The notes under the pieces were generated by a model, which had not been told where the DNA came from, did not search any database, and saw only the letters and a program-made list of their open reading frames with translations. From contig MU053561.1 of NCBI GenBank assembly GCA_013239625.1, positions 3,116,283-3,180,282 on the forward strand: DNA of 64,000 bases. Reading direction: 5' to 3'. The DNA comes from Lama guanicoe (Eukaryota). The translations under genes were made by a program, and so were the position numbers. Of the stretch, positions 12,786 through 52,721 are shown in pieces (position 1 is the first letter of the stretch; every line of letters begins with the position of its first letter).

Positions 12786-13551
12786 TTCTTTCTTTCTTTC
12801 TTTTTCTTTTCTTTTTTTTTTAAATTGAGTTATAGTCAGTTTACAATGTTGTGTCAAGTTCTGGTGTACAGCATACATGAATATACATATATTTATTTTC
12901 ATCATGAACTACTACAAGATATTGAATATATTTCCCTGTGCTATACAGTATAAACTTGTTTATCTATTTTATATATATCTGGCGGTATCTGCAAATCTCA
13001 AACTCCCAGTTTATCCCTTCCCACCCTGCTCTCTGCTGCCAACCACAAGTCTGTATTCTATGTCTGTGAGTCTGTTTCTGTTTTATATATAAATTCATTT
13101 GTCTTCTCTCTTTCTCTTTTTTTTTAGATTCCACATATGAGTGATATCATATATTTTTCTTTCTCTTTCTGGCTTATTTCACTTAGAATGACATTCTCCA
13201 GGGACATCCATATTGCTGCAAATGGCATCATGTTGTCATTTTTATGACTGAGTAGTATTCCATTGTATAAATATACCACAGCTTCTTTATCCAGTCATCT
13301 GTTTCCATGTCTTGGCTGTTGTAAATAGTGCTGCTATGAACAATGGGGTGCAGGTTTCTTTTTGAATTAGGGTTCTTTCTGGATATATGCCCAGGAGTGG
13401 GATTGCTGGGTCATATGGTAAGTCTATTTTTAGTCTATTGAGGAATCTCCATATTGTTTTCCACAGTGGTTGCACCAAACTGCACTCCCACTGACAGTGT
13501 AGGAGGGCTCCCTTTTCTCCACACCCTCTTCAGCACTTAGCATTTGTCTGT
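12748..13551 (-). mobile_element. Younger L1 3' fragment nested in the older L1
   Basis: ORF2 C-terminal remnant ([32 protein letters not shown]); 8-bp TSD tgtcctgt at 12740-12747 and 13552-13559. Confidence 0.85.
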
Positions 13552-16017
13552 TGTCCTGTCTTTGAGTTCAGTGATCTTGAGTCCACTTCGTCTAGTCTGC
13601 TGTCGAAGCCCTCTAGTGTATTTTTCAGTTCAGTTATTGTATATATCTTCAGCTCTGTGACTTCTCTTTTGTACTTTTCTGTATCTCTTTGCTGAAGTTC
13701 TCACTGTGTTCATCCACTCCTCTCCCATGTTGGGTGAGCATCTTGATGACCACTCTTTTGAACTCTTTGTCAGGTACATCACTTATCTTTGTTTCACTGA
13801 GGACTTTTTCTGGGGTTTTATCTTGGTCTTTCATTTTTGGAACATATTCTGCTGTTTTCTTCATTTCCCTTGACCCTCTGTGTTGCTTTTTATGCATTGG
13901 ATAAAACAGCCACCTCTCCCATTCTTGAAAAAGTGGCCTTGTGTTGTAGGAGATGAACCTTATTGTTAAACTTTGCCCTAGATCTTGGTTGTCTCACAAA
14001 CCTTTGAGATTGTCTAAGCAGCTTATTTTTAGCGGCTCTCAGTAATTGAGGGTGTGCCAGGACCTGTCAGTGCCCCAGAGGAAAGGATCTCTGCACCTTG
14101 ATTCAGTCTGACTGAAAGCCAGGCCCTCAGGCAGCAGCTTCTGAAGTATGCAAGTAGTATCCAGTCCAGTGGGACTGCAAGCACGAGTCCCATTGGCCAT
14201 TAACTCCAGGGGATATGGATACCATTGCAAAAATCAATTCCTAGATTGTATTTTCCCTCCTGGGAGAAACCAGTCACTAGACGCAAGGCAAAAGGAAGGG
14301 CAAATGTGGCTTCCATTGCTCCTGGAGTGCATCTTAGTGGGTTCCTAGAAGTGTGCCAAACCAGAAGTCAAAATAGGACAAGCCAATAGGCCTCTTTCTC
14401 AGAAAGACTTGGGGTGTGTTTCAGTCTGCTGTTTGTGCTGTGCTCTGGGGTGCTGGCCAGCCAAAAACTCTGGTTGTTGCAATCCTGTGGGACTCAGGAA
14501 TGCAAGCCCTCCTGGCTGTGAGAGCCAGACGATCAGGGGTGTCCCCTGGGCGCCAGACCTAAAACCTGGGGCACCAGACATGTGCAAAAGCTCCCCTCAG
14601 GGGATACTGATGCTGTAGAGTGTGGCAGAGGGAGAGAGCAAAGGTAATGCCATCTTCTGAGGTCTCCAGGAAGGATTCCTGTAGGATCTGGGATGTGTGT
14701 CTAGATAGAAGATTGACGCTCAGACCATAGCTATCAAGATAAGCCCACAGGCAGGACTCTTTCACAGGGAGACTGGGCTCCTTGGACTGCTGCCTCTTGC
14801 TGGGTCCTGGGGCGTGATGGCTATTTAAGAACTCTTTCTCCTTTGGTTACAGTTGTATGGGACCCTTGAGCATAAGCCCCACCAGTCACCAGAGCTAGGT
14901 GGTCTAGAGGTGTCCTTGGGTGGCAGCCACAAAGATCAGAGTGTCAGAGGAGGGTCCAAGCTGGAGCAAGATAAAGGAACAGTGCAAAGATGGTGCCTGC
15001 CAACCTGCATCCCCAGAGGGACACAGGCAGCCCCCTAGACCTGTGTCCAATGAGCTGCCTACCCTCCAGCTGATGCTTTAAGATCCACAAATAAGCCTCT
15101 TTCACACGAGGTCTGGATCCCTCTAAATGGGCTGCCTCCGTGCTGGTCTCTGGGGTGAGTGAGTCCAAACATGCAAGCCCTTTAAGAGCTGCCTCTCAGT
15201 TCACTCTCGCCTCGTGGGTCTCAGACATGAACCTCCATTGGTTTTCAAAGTTGGCCTTTTAGGGAGCTTCTCTCTCAGGTGCAGATCTTAAAAGCTGGGG
15301 GGATCTGATGGGTTCAAACCCTTTGCTCCTCAGGGGGTAGCTCTGGGTTTTGGGTTCCCTTGTCATTGCTGGTTGGGGGGTGGAGTTTATGTCGAGATTG
15401 TGTCTCAGTCTTTGTCACCTGCTTCTGCGTGAATTTTCCCTCATTTGCCTGATATGGAGGAGTTGCTCAGCTAGTTTTTAGGTTTTTTTTCAGAGGAAAT
15501 TGTTCCACATGTACCTGGAGGTTCAGTGTCTGTGGCAGGAGGTGAATTCAGAATCTTCAGGCATCATCATCTTAAGCCAGAACTTGCCCTTCTCTTTAAA
15601 TATGGAACATTGGCCACTGTGCCGAGCGCTAGCTGCTCTTTTTAAGGCACTGAGCTGAGACCAAGGATAAAGTGGGAAAGAACAGACCAGCTCCCGGACT
15701 TCATGGAGCTTATAGGTTAGCAAGCAAAAATGAGTATTAAGTTAATTATTACATAATTGAGTAATAAATAGAACTGTGAGTTCTGTGAAGCGGAGTACTA
15801 GTCAACTACCTAGTAGGTGATTCCAACCTAGTTGGAGAGCGGGAAGGGTTTCTTGCAAGACTGAGGCCCAGAATGGGGATTGGAAAGGCCAGTCCAAGGA
15901 CTTGTGTCTCTCGGTGTCTCGGTGTCTCTGTGTAGATCTCCTCATCCTCCCCACCTTCTTGGGTCACTTGCCGTGGTCTCTGGGTCCATTTCTTGACATC
16001 GTAATTCCATTCATGAC

Positions 16018-16111
16018 TTGTTTGTTTGTTTTAAAGGAAGTACTGGGGATTAAGCCCAGGACCTCGTGCATGCTAAGCATGTGCTCTACCACTGAGCCTA
16101 TAGGCCCTCCC
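16018..16111 (-). mobile_element. tRNA-derived SINE (Vic-1-like)
   Basis: Reverse complement of gctcagtggtagagcacatgcttagcatgcacgaggtcctgggcttaatccccagtac. Confidence 0.85.
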
Positions 16112-16299
16112 TGTGACTCACTCTTAATATTGTCTAATTTCCAACTTGAGTCTTGAGAGACGGAGAGAGGCCCTAACTCAAATTTCTGGGTGTAGATTTC
16201 CTTTGGGTGGTGTCAGCTCCAATTCAAAATTAGAGACTCAAGGGGAGGGTGAAATGTTATACATAAGGCTGCTTGGGCAGCAGCAGAAAAAGTCTGGTA

Positions 16300-16700
16300 A
16301 TGAGCATTTATTCACTCAACAAGCACTGATTGTGCCAGATGTTGGGGAGGGGAGGTCTGGTCCGTGTGCTCAGGAAGTCCAGTTCCCAGGTAAGGGGATG
16401 CATCGTTAAACAGAGGCCTCAGGGCTATCGTAAGGTATGCAAAAAAGAGGGCCCATGGAGATTTTCCCAAGGAGCAAGGCCTGAATGGTATTTGGACAGG
16501 TGAGTCCATTAGCCAGGAGAAGGCAAGTCAGGCCAACACTGGGTGCGTTGGAATGAGGATGCCAAGGGGACTTGGAAGATGGCAGAGGAAGCCGTGTGGA
16601 GCACACTGAGATTGCCCCGGGGGTTGAGCAGCTGATTGGAGACAGGTTTATGGGCTGAGGTCAAGATGAAGACATGAGTAGAGAGAGGCAACCAAGTGGA
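16300..16700 (-). mobile_element. L2 LINE 3' remnant
   Basis: atttattcactcaacaagcactgattgtgccag...gtgctcaggaagtccagttc is typical of the reversed L2 3' end. Confidence 0.5.
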
Positions 16701-16724
16701 GCTTAGAAAATGGGGTAGAGCGAT

Positions 16725-16890
16725 GGTCTTGGTTTTGACACGCACCAGAATCACCTGCGAGGCCTATTGAAACTGATCACCGTCTCTCTCCCTGCTCCCT
16801 AAAGTTTCTGATTCAGTAGGTTGGAATTAGAATATGCATTTCTAACAAGCTGTGATGACAGCCTACGGATGACACCTGGAGAGCCACTGA
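16725..16890 (+). mobile_element. MER5A remnant
   Basis: ccagaatcacctg...tttctgattcagtagg...tgcatttctaacaagc...gagagccactg. Confidence 0.65.
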
Positions 16891-18758
16891 ATTAGAGGAA
16901 GGCAGAAAGGAAGGAGACGGCCAGGAGGCTGTGGTGGATGTCTGGGTGTGAAGGACAATGGCGGCAGAGAAGGATTTATAGCGCCAGCCACTGTCCTAAT
17001 CCCTTTACAGATAATCTCCCATAATCCTTTTAACAACCCTGAAACACCATCCTTGTTCTAGAGTAAATGAAGCACAGACTAAATTCTCTGCCCACGGTCA
17101 GTCAGTGACAGGGCCACTGTGTCCAGGCTGCAGACACAAAGCCCGTGTTCTCAGCCACCACGCTGGGTCCAGCAGTGGCTGGTGGCTGGTGGGGGTGGCG
17201 GGGGCCCCCACAGCGAGGGCGGGGAGAGAAGTCTCCCGGGGCTTTTAGGCTTCTGATTTGGGCAACAGGGTAGCAGTGGAGCGTGTTCATCTTGAGGGAT
17301 CTCAGGTCTGTCTTTGGGGTTAGGATGCTATTGTGTGTTGTGCTCTTTCTGAGCGAGCACAGGTACCCAGGGGATACCTGGATCTACGGGCCTGGGGTCC
17401 AGGAGAGAGGACCGAATTGGAGAGTTGGAAAGCATCATATGGGTGACGTGTCATGAACCACCAGGAGGAATGAGGCTGGAAGGGGGTGGGGACCTCCCTG
17501 AGAAAACTAGCAGCCAAGGGACAGGTGAAGATGAGGCAAAAGGGAAGGAATGGCCAGAGGTGATACCAAAGATGAGGCATCTGGTTTTAGGGCACGTGAG
17601 ATGGAGTCAGAAGTACCACGGATGGATGTAGCAATCAGGAGGTCAGTGGCGACCTCAGCCAGGACAATCTCGGTGGACTAGTGTTAATGGGAGCCAGCAG
17701 GACAGGGAGGGATGGTGCGAGGTGAGAAAGTGGAGGGAAGAGGTGATGGTTACTCTGCTCAGAAGCTTGCCCATGAAAGGAAAGAGGCTGAGAGCTAAAG
17801 AGATAAGCAAACAGCAAGGACATTGAAAATGACTGGCAAGAACTCAGATACTGATGGCCAAAGGGATGTGCGGTCAGAAGCGTCAGGAGGGCACCTCAGA
17901 GGGTGGTCAAGAGGGCATTACCCTGAAAAGTGTCTGGAGGGCATGGGGGCACGGCAGGGGGCAGTCAGGAGGGCTCCGCTGAGCGTAGGGGTTGACAGGA
18001 GCTGGGGCCGGTATTCAGGAACTGTTTCTGTTGTTTTGGAGCAAGTTTTAGCTCCTACTGACGGGGCTGAGTTTGAGTGTGAAGGGGTTGAGATGAGGCC
18101 CCGGCACCGACTCTTGCCGCCTGCAGCAAGTTTGGGAAGACCTGGCCCTTTCACTGGCCTGGCTTTGGTGCCAGCTTTGCCCATCATTTATCTGTGGTCT
18201 CCAGGTCAAGCGTCTGGTTATCATACTTCTTACTCAAACGACTGTCGAACAGAAAAAGGCAGAGATGTTCTGGTGGAAAGAAGCCAGGAGGTTGGGCTTG
18301 GCCTCATCCTGCTCTGCCCTCCCTCCGCGTGTTCCCGAAGTCCAGGGCCGTGTAGAGCAGTCTGAGCAGCCCTGGGCAGGAAGCTGTCGAGTCACCTCCA
18401 AGCCTACGGTCTCGGGGTGCTTCAAAAGCCTTTAAGTCAGCGAACACCCAGGACCTTCCTCAGCGGTGTGCTCGCCGGTCAGCTGTCCAGAGGTGCCGGA
18501 AACAGGTGTATGGGGAGTAAGGGAGGGGACAGAGAACCCCTGGGGAGGCTGTGCCACAGGGCTAGGCACACAGGGTAGCCTCAGTCCTGGCCTCAGAGCT
18601 GAGTCAGCGATGTGCAGGACATCCTCAGGGAGGGCCTAGTTACCACTTGTCTCCCAGCCTGCTAAGCCTGAGAGCTGTCGTGCTTAGCTTCATCCTAGTT
18701 TCCTTATGCTGGGCTGAACAACTCTTTAAAAATGACCTGCCACAAAAAAAAAAAAAAA

Positions 18759-18771
18759 NNNNNNNNNNNNN
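18759..18771. other. Assembly gap (13 N) within a poly-A run
   Basis: N run seen directly. Confidence 0.99.
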
Positions 18772-18809
18772 AAAAAAAAAAAAAAAGAAAAAGGTGGGGT
18801 GGGAGGTAG

Positions 18810-18922
18810 GGGAGTGAGGAAAATAGCTCAGTGGTAGAGAGCATGCCTAGCATGCACGAGGGCACGAGGGCCTGGGTTCAATCCCCAGTACCTCAATTTA
18901 AAAAAAAAAAAGAAAAAAAAAA
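18810..18922 (+). mobile_element. tRNA-derived SINE (Vic-1-like)
   Basis: atagctcagtggtagagagcatgcctagcatgcacgagg...cctgggttcaatccccagtacctc plus A tail. Confidence 0.85.
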
Positions 18923-19804
18923 GACTTCCCTCCACTCCAAGCATAGAGATCATTCTAGAGGAAAGCACCCCAAGACAAGACGGGAGGACCTGGTGGGTTG
19001 GGTTTGGAAGGCACAGACCTCCTGCCTTCCCAGCTCCCCTCGCAGGAGAGGCTGGAGGCAATGACCCGCCAGCATGTGGGAGTCACCTGTTGCCCTCCCA
19101 CCTGCACATGGACATGAGCAGCACAAGAGGGATGAGCAATGAATTAGGCTTTTCAGAGGGGAACAAACAACTTGAACCCCATCTACGATCATCTGGCTGA
19201 TCGTGTTTTTGTTTGGAGCCAGACGTAAGGACTCATTGTATCTGCCTGAAGCAAGGACAGCCTTGAAGTGTAGGGAGTTAACAGCACTCAGGATGGATTA
19301 CTGAGCGATGGGGCCTTTTACACTAACTCTTCAAAAGCAGGGAGGATTCTTAGACTTGACCCTGAAGTAAACAGCTCTCTTTCACCTTTGTATTCCTAAG
19401 TACCCTCTGGCACATCACCACTCTGAAGCGGAGCTGTCTGATGCTGTGCCAGGAGGAGCAGGATACGTGGAAGGGAGAACACTGCGAGATGCACATGTGC
19501 CCTGATTGACTGTGGAGACGTCGGTTTCTGCTTCTCAAACTTTGGTCTAGACACACATGGGGCTGTAGTGGTGGTGATCTGAGAAACTGCAGGTGGGGCT
19601 GTGACCAGGACGGGCAGAGGAGGGTCTCTCTCCTCTGAGGGTCTGAAAGTTCTTTATGTGACAGGTATGTCCATCAAGAAGCAAGATGTGAAGGCAGCAG
19701 GTGGAGCTGCAGCCACAGCACCTGTGGGAGCCCATGGGAACGTGGGTCAGGTAAGCTCACCTACTCAGACTACAAGAACGTGGGCAGAAAGCTTCCTCTT
19801 AACC

Positions 19805-19950
19805 CAGGGTTCTCAAACTTGAATGTGAATCAGAATCACCCGGGGACTTACTGAACCGCTGGTTGGGTAGCTCCTGGCTCAGCGTTTGCTGTTACAAGTT
19901 CCCAGGTGATGCTGAACTGACAGCCAGGGATGTATGTGTGGGGAACCACC
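19805..19950 (+). mobile_element. MER5A remnant
   Basis: cagggttctcaaactt...atcagaatcacc...caagttcccaggtgatgctga...gaaccac. Confidence 0.7.
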
Positions 19951-20029
19951 GTTCCAGCTGGACCCCGCACAGATATCTGCACCCCAGAAGTGATGCGGGC
20001 ACTAGACAAGTTCCATTATAATAGCCATC

Positions 20030-20035
20030 TTTATT
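20030..20035 (-). terminator. Polyadenylation signal AATAAA
   Basis: tttatt on + = AATAAA on -, in the context acaAATAAAgatggctattataatggaa, ~515 nt after the stop (gap included). Confidence 0.88.
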
Positions 20036-20178
20036 TGTAAAAATCCGGATATAAAATGTATTCTCTCAGTCTTTCCAAGTTTTCCTTTTTACAAAAACAA
20101 AAAGGCACGTGAAACTTTCCTCGCAGTCGTTCCCAGACGATGTTTCTCAGGCAGCCCTCCCCACCCCCCCCGCCCCCG

Positions 20179-20383
20179 NNNNNNNNNNNNNNNNNNNNNN
20201 NNNNNNNNNNNNNNNNNNNNNNNNNNNNNNNNNNNNNNNNNNNNNNNNNNNNNNNNNNNNNNNNNNNNNNNNNNNNNNNNNNNNNNNNNNNNNNNNNNNN
20301 NNNNNNNNNNNNNNNNNNNNNNNNNNNNNNNNNNNNNNNNNNNNNNNNNNNNNNNNNNNNNNNNNNNNNNNNNNNNNNNNNNN
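20179..20383. other. Assembly gap (205 N) in the ATP1A1 3'UTR
   Basis: N run flanked by C-rich tracts. Confidence 0.99.
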
Positions 20384-20550
20384 CCCCGCCCCCCATTTAG
20401 CCACATGCTTCATTCCAGGACATCTGGCTCCCCCACATGCTTCGGTGCTTTCCTACCAGGGTGGAATTCCGGGACTGAAGTACACAAAAAGGGGGTGGGT
20501 GGTGGGTGCAGAGTGTGTGGCGTAATGCTCCGAGGCGTGCAGGAGGGGGT

Positions 20551-49287
<28,737 letters not shown>

Positions 49288-49468
49288 GTTGGCGGTGGTC
49301 CGTGCCTGGCGCCCGGTCCCGTCGCTAGAGAATCAGGGGAAAAGAAGAGAGCGGCTCCCGGCCGAGCAAGCGCGGCCGGGGGAGCGGAGAGGACGGGAGC
49401 TAGGGCTGCCGCCGGGCGGGAATGAGGGAAGACGGCCGGCGGCTCAGGCCGATGCCGCTGCTGCCGCT

Positions 49469-49506
<38 letters not shown>

Positions 49507-49585
49507 GGCTGCTACCGCTGCTGCTGCCACGTGTCCGCCTCCTCCCGCCGCTGCTCTGCGCCCCAGACCCCGCCGCAGCTCAAGC
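49288..49585 (-). other. ATP1A1: ATP1A1 5'UTR (GC-rich; upstream end approximate)
   Basis: Lies between the TATA-like element (49607-49614) and the ATG; no upstream AUG; the TSS position is inferred only. Confidence 0.7.
49453..49527 (-). repeat. 5'UTR trinucleotide tract: pure (GCC)12 on + at 49469-49504, i.e. (GGC)12 in the mRNA, flanked by GCA/GCG interruptions
   Basis: Counted directly. Confidence 0.95.
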
Positions 49586-49600
49586 CCGCGCCTCCTCCTC

Positions 49601-49707
49601 ACTTCCTAAAATATGCAACCTGCGTGCTGGCCCCGCCCACACAGCGGCACGTCACCGTTACCGGAGCAACCTGACACCGGCCGCGGGCCTGGCTCCGCCC
49701 CCGCCCC
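49601..49707 (-). promoter_or_regulatory. ATP1A1 core promoter: GC boxes (49695-49707, 49631-49638), ATF/CRE TGACGTGC (49647-49654), TATA-like CATATTTTA (49607-49615), ETS-like GGAAGT (49601-49606)
   Basis: Motifs read directly. The adjacent ATF/CRE plus GC box arrangement is the known architecture of mammalian Atp1a1 promoters. Confidence 0.8.
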
Positions 49708-51482
49708 AAACCCCACCCCCGGGCCGGGGCCGAGGCGGCTGCCGCTGGTCGGGGCTCCCGGCAGGAGGGCGCCGGGGCCTGGGGCGCGCGTGCCCAAGTC
49801 CCGGGAGGCTGCGGCCGCGCCACTGCGGGCCGCGCCGGCTGGCTGGCTGGCTGGGACTCGGCCGGCTTGCAGCTCCCGCGTCCCTCCTCCCGCCGCCCTG
49901 CGTGACCGGCCTGCTTTGGAGGGCACGCAAGGTCCGCAGTGGGTGCGGGTACGTCTTCCGAACTGGGCCCCCGAATCTCCGCGGACCGGGGACGGGCATC
50001 TCGCGCGGAGGAGCCTTTCTGTTTTTCAAGGAGCTCCTCTGGGACTAAGAGAAGCTCTGGGATGGAGGAGGGGGGGTGCGGGCGTGACTGCAGCCGGCGC
50101 CGGCAGAAAGGATTTAGCCTCCCTGCGGAGTCCAGGCCTCCCTGCAGAGTCCAGGCCTCGCACCCACCTGCGGATGGCCTCCCCAGCCAGCCTCTTGGTG
50201 CCCTCCTGAATGCCTCCTCTGGTCTGGGACCCCAGTTACCCACTTCCTACAGGGCCTGAGCTGGCCTTACCAGTGGTTCCAAGCTCCTTCTCCGTCTTTT
50301 GCTTCGAGACCCCCAAATGACAATCCAGAGGGCGTGCAATGAATTCATTCATGCTGCTGTGTGAACGAATCCTGCTTGTTCAGTTTGGGGATTCATTCGC
50401 TTTTGAGGAGAGGAATACCTGGAACCTGAAGGAATGCATATCTTTAGCAACAGGGGCCGACTGAGGGGGAGATGTTTGAGGACCTGTCTGGTACCTCTCC
50501 TTGCCTCCCACATGGCACAGCAAGGCCTCTTGGGGCGCAGGCTTTGGTGCTCAAAGGGACCTGGGCCTGGACTGTGGTGAGGAGCCCAGGAACCTCCCTC
50601 TCCCACACCCCACCCCGGCCCCTCCAGCCCCAAGAGCCCTGGCCTGGCTGCGCTGTGCGGCTTTCCTCCCATTGTAGCTTCTGCAGAGGCTACCGTGGCT
50701 GACAGTCTCCAACAGTTGAAAAGCAAGTATCATTAACAACGTCTTGATGTCAGGATGTCAAGGATACCCTGGGGAAGCACACGATTCGCGGGAGAAAGTC
50801 ACTCCATGTCTGGGAATTCCAACAAGAAACAAGGAAAATATTAACGTTCTAAGCAAGCTGAGGCTGGCCCTACCAACTTCAAGTACTAATTTAAAACAAA
50901 TAGATGTGAAGCTGCAAAGAAATGAGGAAGGAGAGAAGGAAGAAAGAAAAAGAATGGGGGGGGGGGACTAGCAACTGTTATCAGTTAGACCATTAGGGTA
51001 GTTCTTATTCTGTTTCTTCTATGAGTCTCTTTCCTCTTGCCCAAGAATGCATTGTTAAGGGCTGGTGCCTCCGCCAGAGATCTTCGGGTTTGGTTAAACC
51101 AGTGCAGGCCCCGAGGAGCAGAGGAATTGTAAACTAAAATCAAATTCATGACTGCTGGGGAAAGAGCCCTCAAATCCAGAGCTGAGTTCCTAACGCTGCT
51201 AATTCAACAGGAGGAATTTATGGAGTGCTATCAGGGCTCTGTCTCCACGGGTCTAGAAAATGCTTGATTTTCATGCCCTACACCCACCATTACTGCTAAC
51301 TTGCAGGAGGCTTTTGCTTGCTGAAGATCTCTCAGCTCGTTTGAGATTAATTATCCCTTGGGCCCTGGTCTGAATGGAAAAAGCACAGCAAGAACAACAA
51401 AATATAGGAAGCAAAAGTCTGAACAATGTAGACTTCCCCTGCCAGCTGATCACCTTTTCCTCCCTTCGAAAGTAAAATTATT

Positions 51483-51630
51483 GGGGGGAGGGGTATGGCT
51501 CAGTGGTAGGCAGAGTGCCCACTTAGCATGCACAGGGTCCTGGGTTCAATCCCCAGTACCTCCACTAAAATAGATACACCTAATTACCTCCCCCCAGAAA
51601 TATACAAATAAAAATATTTTTTAAGAAAAA
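51483..51630 (+). mobile_element. tRNA-derived SINE (Vic-1-like)
   Basis: gggggaggggtatggctcagtggtag...cctgggttcaatccccagtacctcc...cctaattacc; taaaattat repeated on both flanks. Confidence 0.85.
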
Positions 51631-52569
51631 ATAAAATTATCATTTTTTTCATTCAACCACATAACCCTGATATACCAAGGCATTTCCTTTGGTCTCCAAA
51701 GCTATTTACTTGACAGCTGAGGATTACTGACTTTCCTTACAGGTTGACCTCAAGGCTCTAGTTCTATTCCAGAGTGGGGAAAAGGCAAAAAAAAAAAAAA
51801 AAAAATAAGTAATGGTAACTAAAATCCATTATTTTTATCTTCACCTCTCCATAGCACTTCCACATATAAAATCCCGTGGGATTCTCCCAAGTCTGGGAGG
51901 TAAAGGGCTTTAGCTGCATTTTACAGAGAGGGAAACTGGAGGCTCAAGGACTTTATTCTCACAAGGCCACTGAGCCAGTGAGTGGAGAAGCCTGGCCTGA
52001 AAACTGCAAAATTAAAGCCGTTTTCTGACTTGTAAAGTTTGGTTTCTGAGCATAGCACCAAGGAAGTTTTGGTGGGAGACTAGCAGTTGCTTTCAACATT
52101 GCTTTCTGTACAAATACAGTGGGTTTCCATATGCCTCTCCTCTTTCATAACCAAGAAGACCTCAGCGAGGGCCTTTTCCCCCTATTCCTACTCTTCATCA
52201 GTCTACTGTGTGCATGGCCGTAAGGCAGAGGACCGTTTCTTCTACAGAAATGCCCGATTCAGATCAACAAACCCTCCCCCCGCCTGTTCTGACCCACCTG
52301 GTCCTGCCTCTGGAGGCGAATCCCGCTCCATCTGCAAGTCATCTGATAATGCCGTGTTTTTCATTTCAGTCCTATTGAAAGAAATATAATTCAACAAAAA
52401 CATTTCGGGGTATCAGAAAGGGCCTTGCTGTTGTTCCTCTAGAGTTGATGTTTCTATAAATGCTACACCCAAGTGGTAAGGTCTAGGCATTTCTGGGCAC
52501 TTTTCAGGGGTGTTTTTAGGGGTAAAGTTTATTGCCGGGAGTTGAGGATAGTATTTAATAGGAGAAGGG

Positions 52570-52721
52570 TGGGGAGGGTATAGCTCAGTGGTAGAGTGCT
52601 TGCCTAGCATGCGTGAGGTCCTGGGTTCAATCCCCAGTACCTCCATTAAATACAGAAATAGATATATAAACCTAATTACCCACCTCCCCTAAGGGAAAAA
52701 AAAGTCTAAAACAAAAATAAG
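52570..52721 (+). mobile_element. tRNA-derived SINE (Vic-1-like), well preserved
   Basis: ggggagggtatagctcagtggtagagtgcttgcctagcatgcgtgaggtcctgggttcaatccccagtacctcca; TSD aggagaaggg at 52560-52569 and 52722-52731. Confidence 0.9.

Larger units (their letters stand above)
9525..15590 (-). mobile_element. Old, degenerate L1 spanning 3'UTR/ORF2 end (9525-11640), ORF1 and 5'UTR (to ~15590), internally deleted and carrying nested insertions
   Basis: Minus-strand translations give ORF2 C-terminal remnants ([15 protein letters not shown]..., SKRIKYLGINLT) and an ORF1-like peptide (KDQDKTPEKVLSETKISDVPDKEFKRVVIKML); T-rich tail at ~9525. Confidence 0.85.
20011..20550 (-). other. ATP1A1: ATP1A1 3'UTR (contains an assembly gap)
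   Basis: Runs from the stop codon to ~20 nt past AATAAA; cleavage site approximate. Confidence 0.8.

Noticed and set aside
20031..20525. ORFs spanning the N gap
   Set aside because: Artefacts of translating Ns.
52571..52645. tRNA-like sequence with A and B boxes (and its five relatives)
   Set aside because: Divergent copies with A-rich tails and TSDs indicate SINEs, not tRNA genes.
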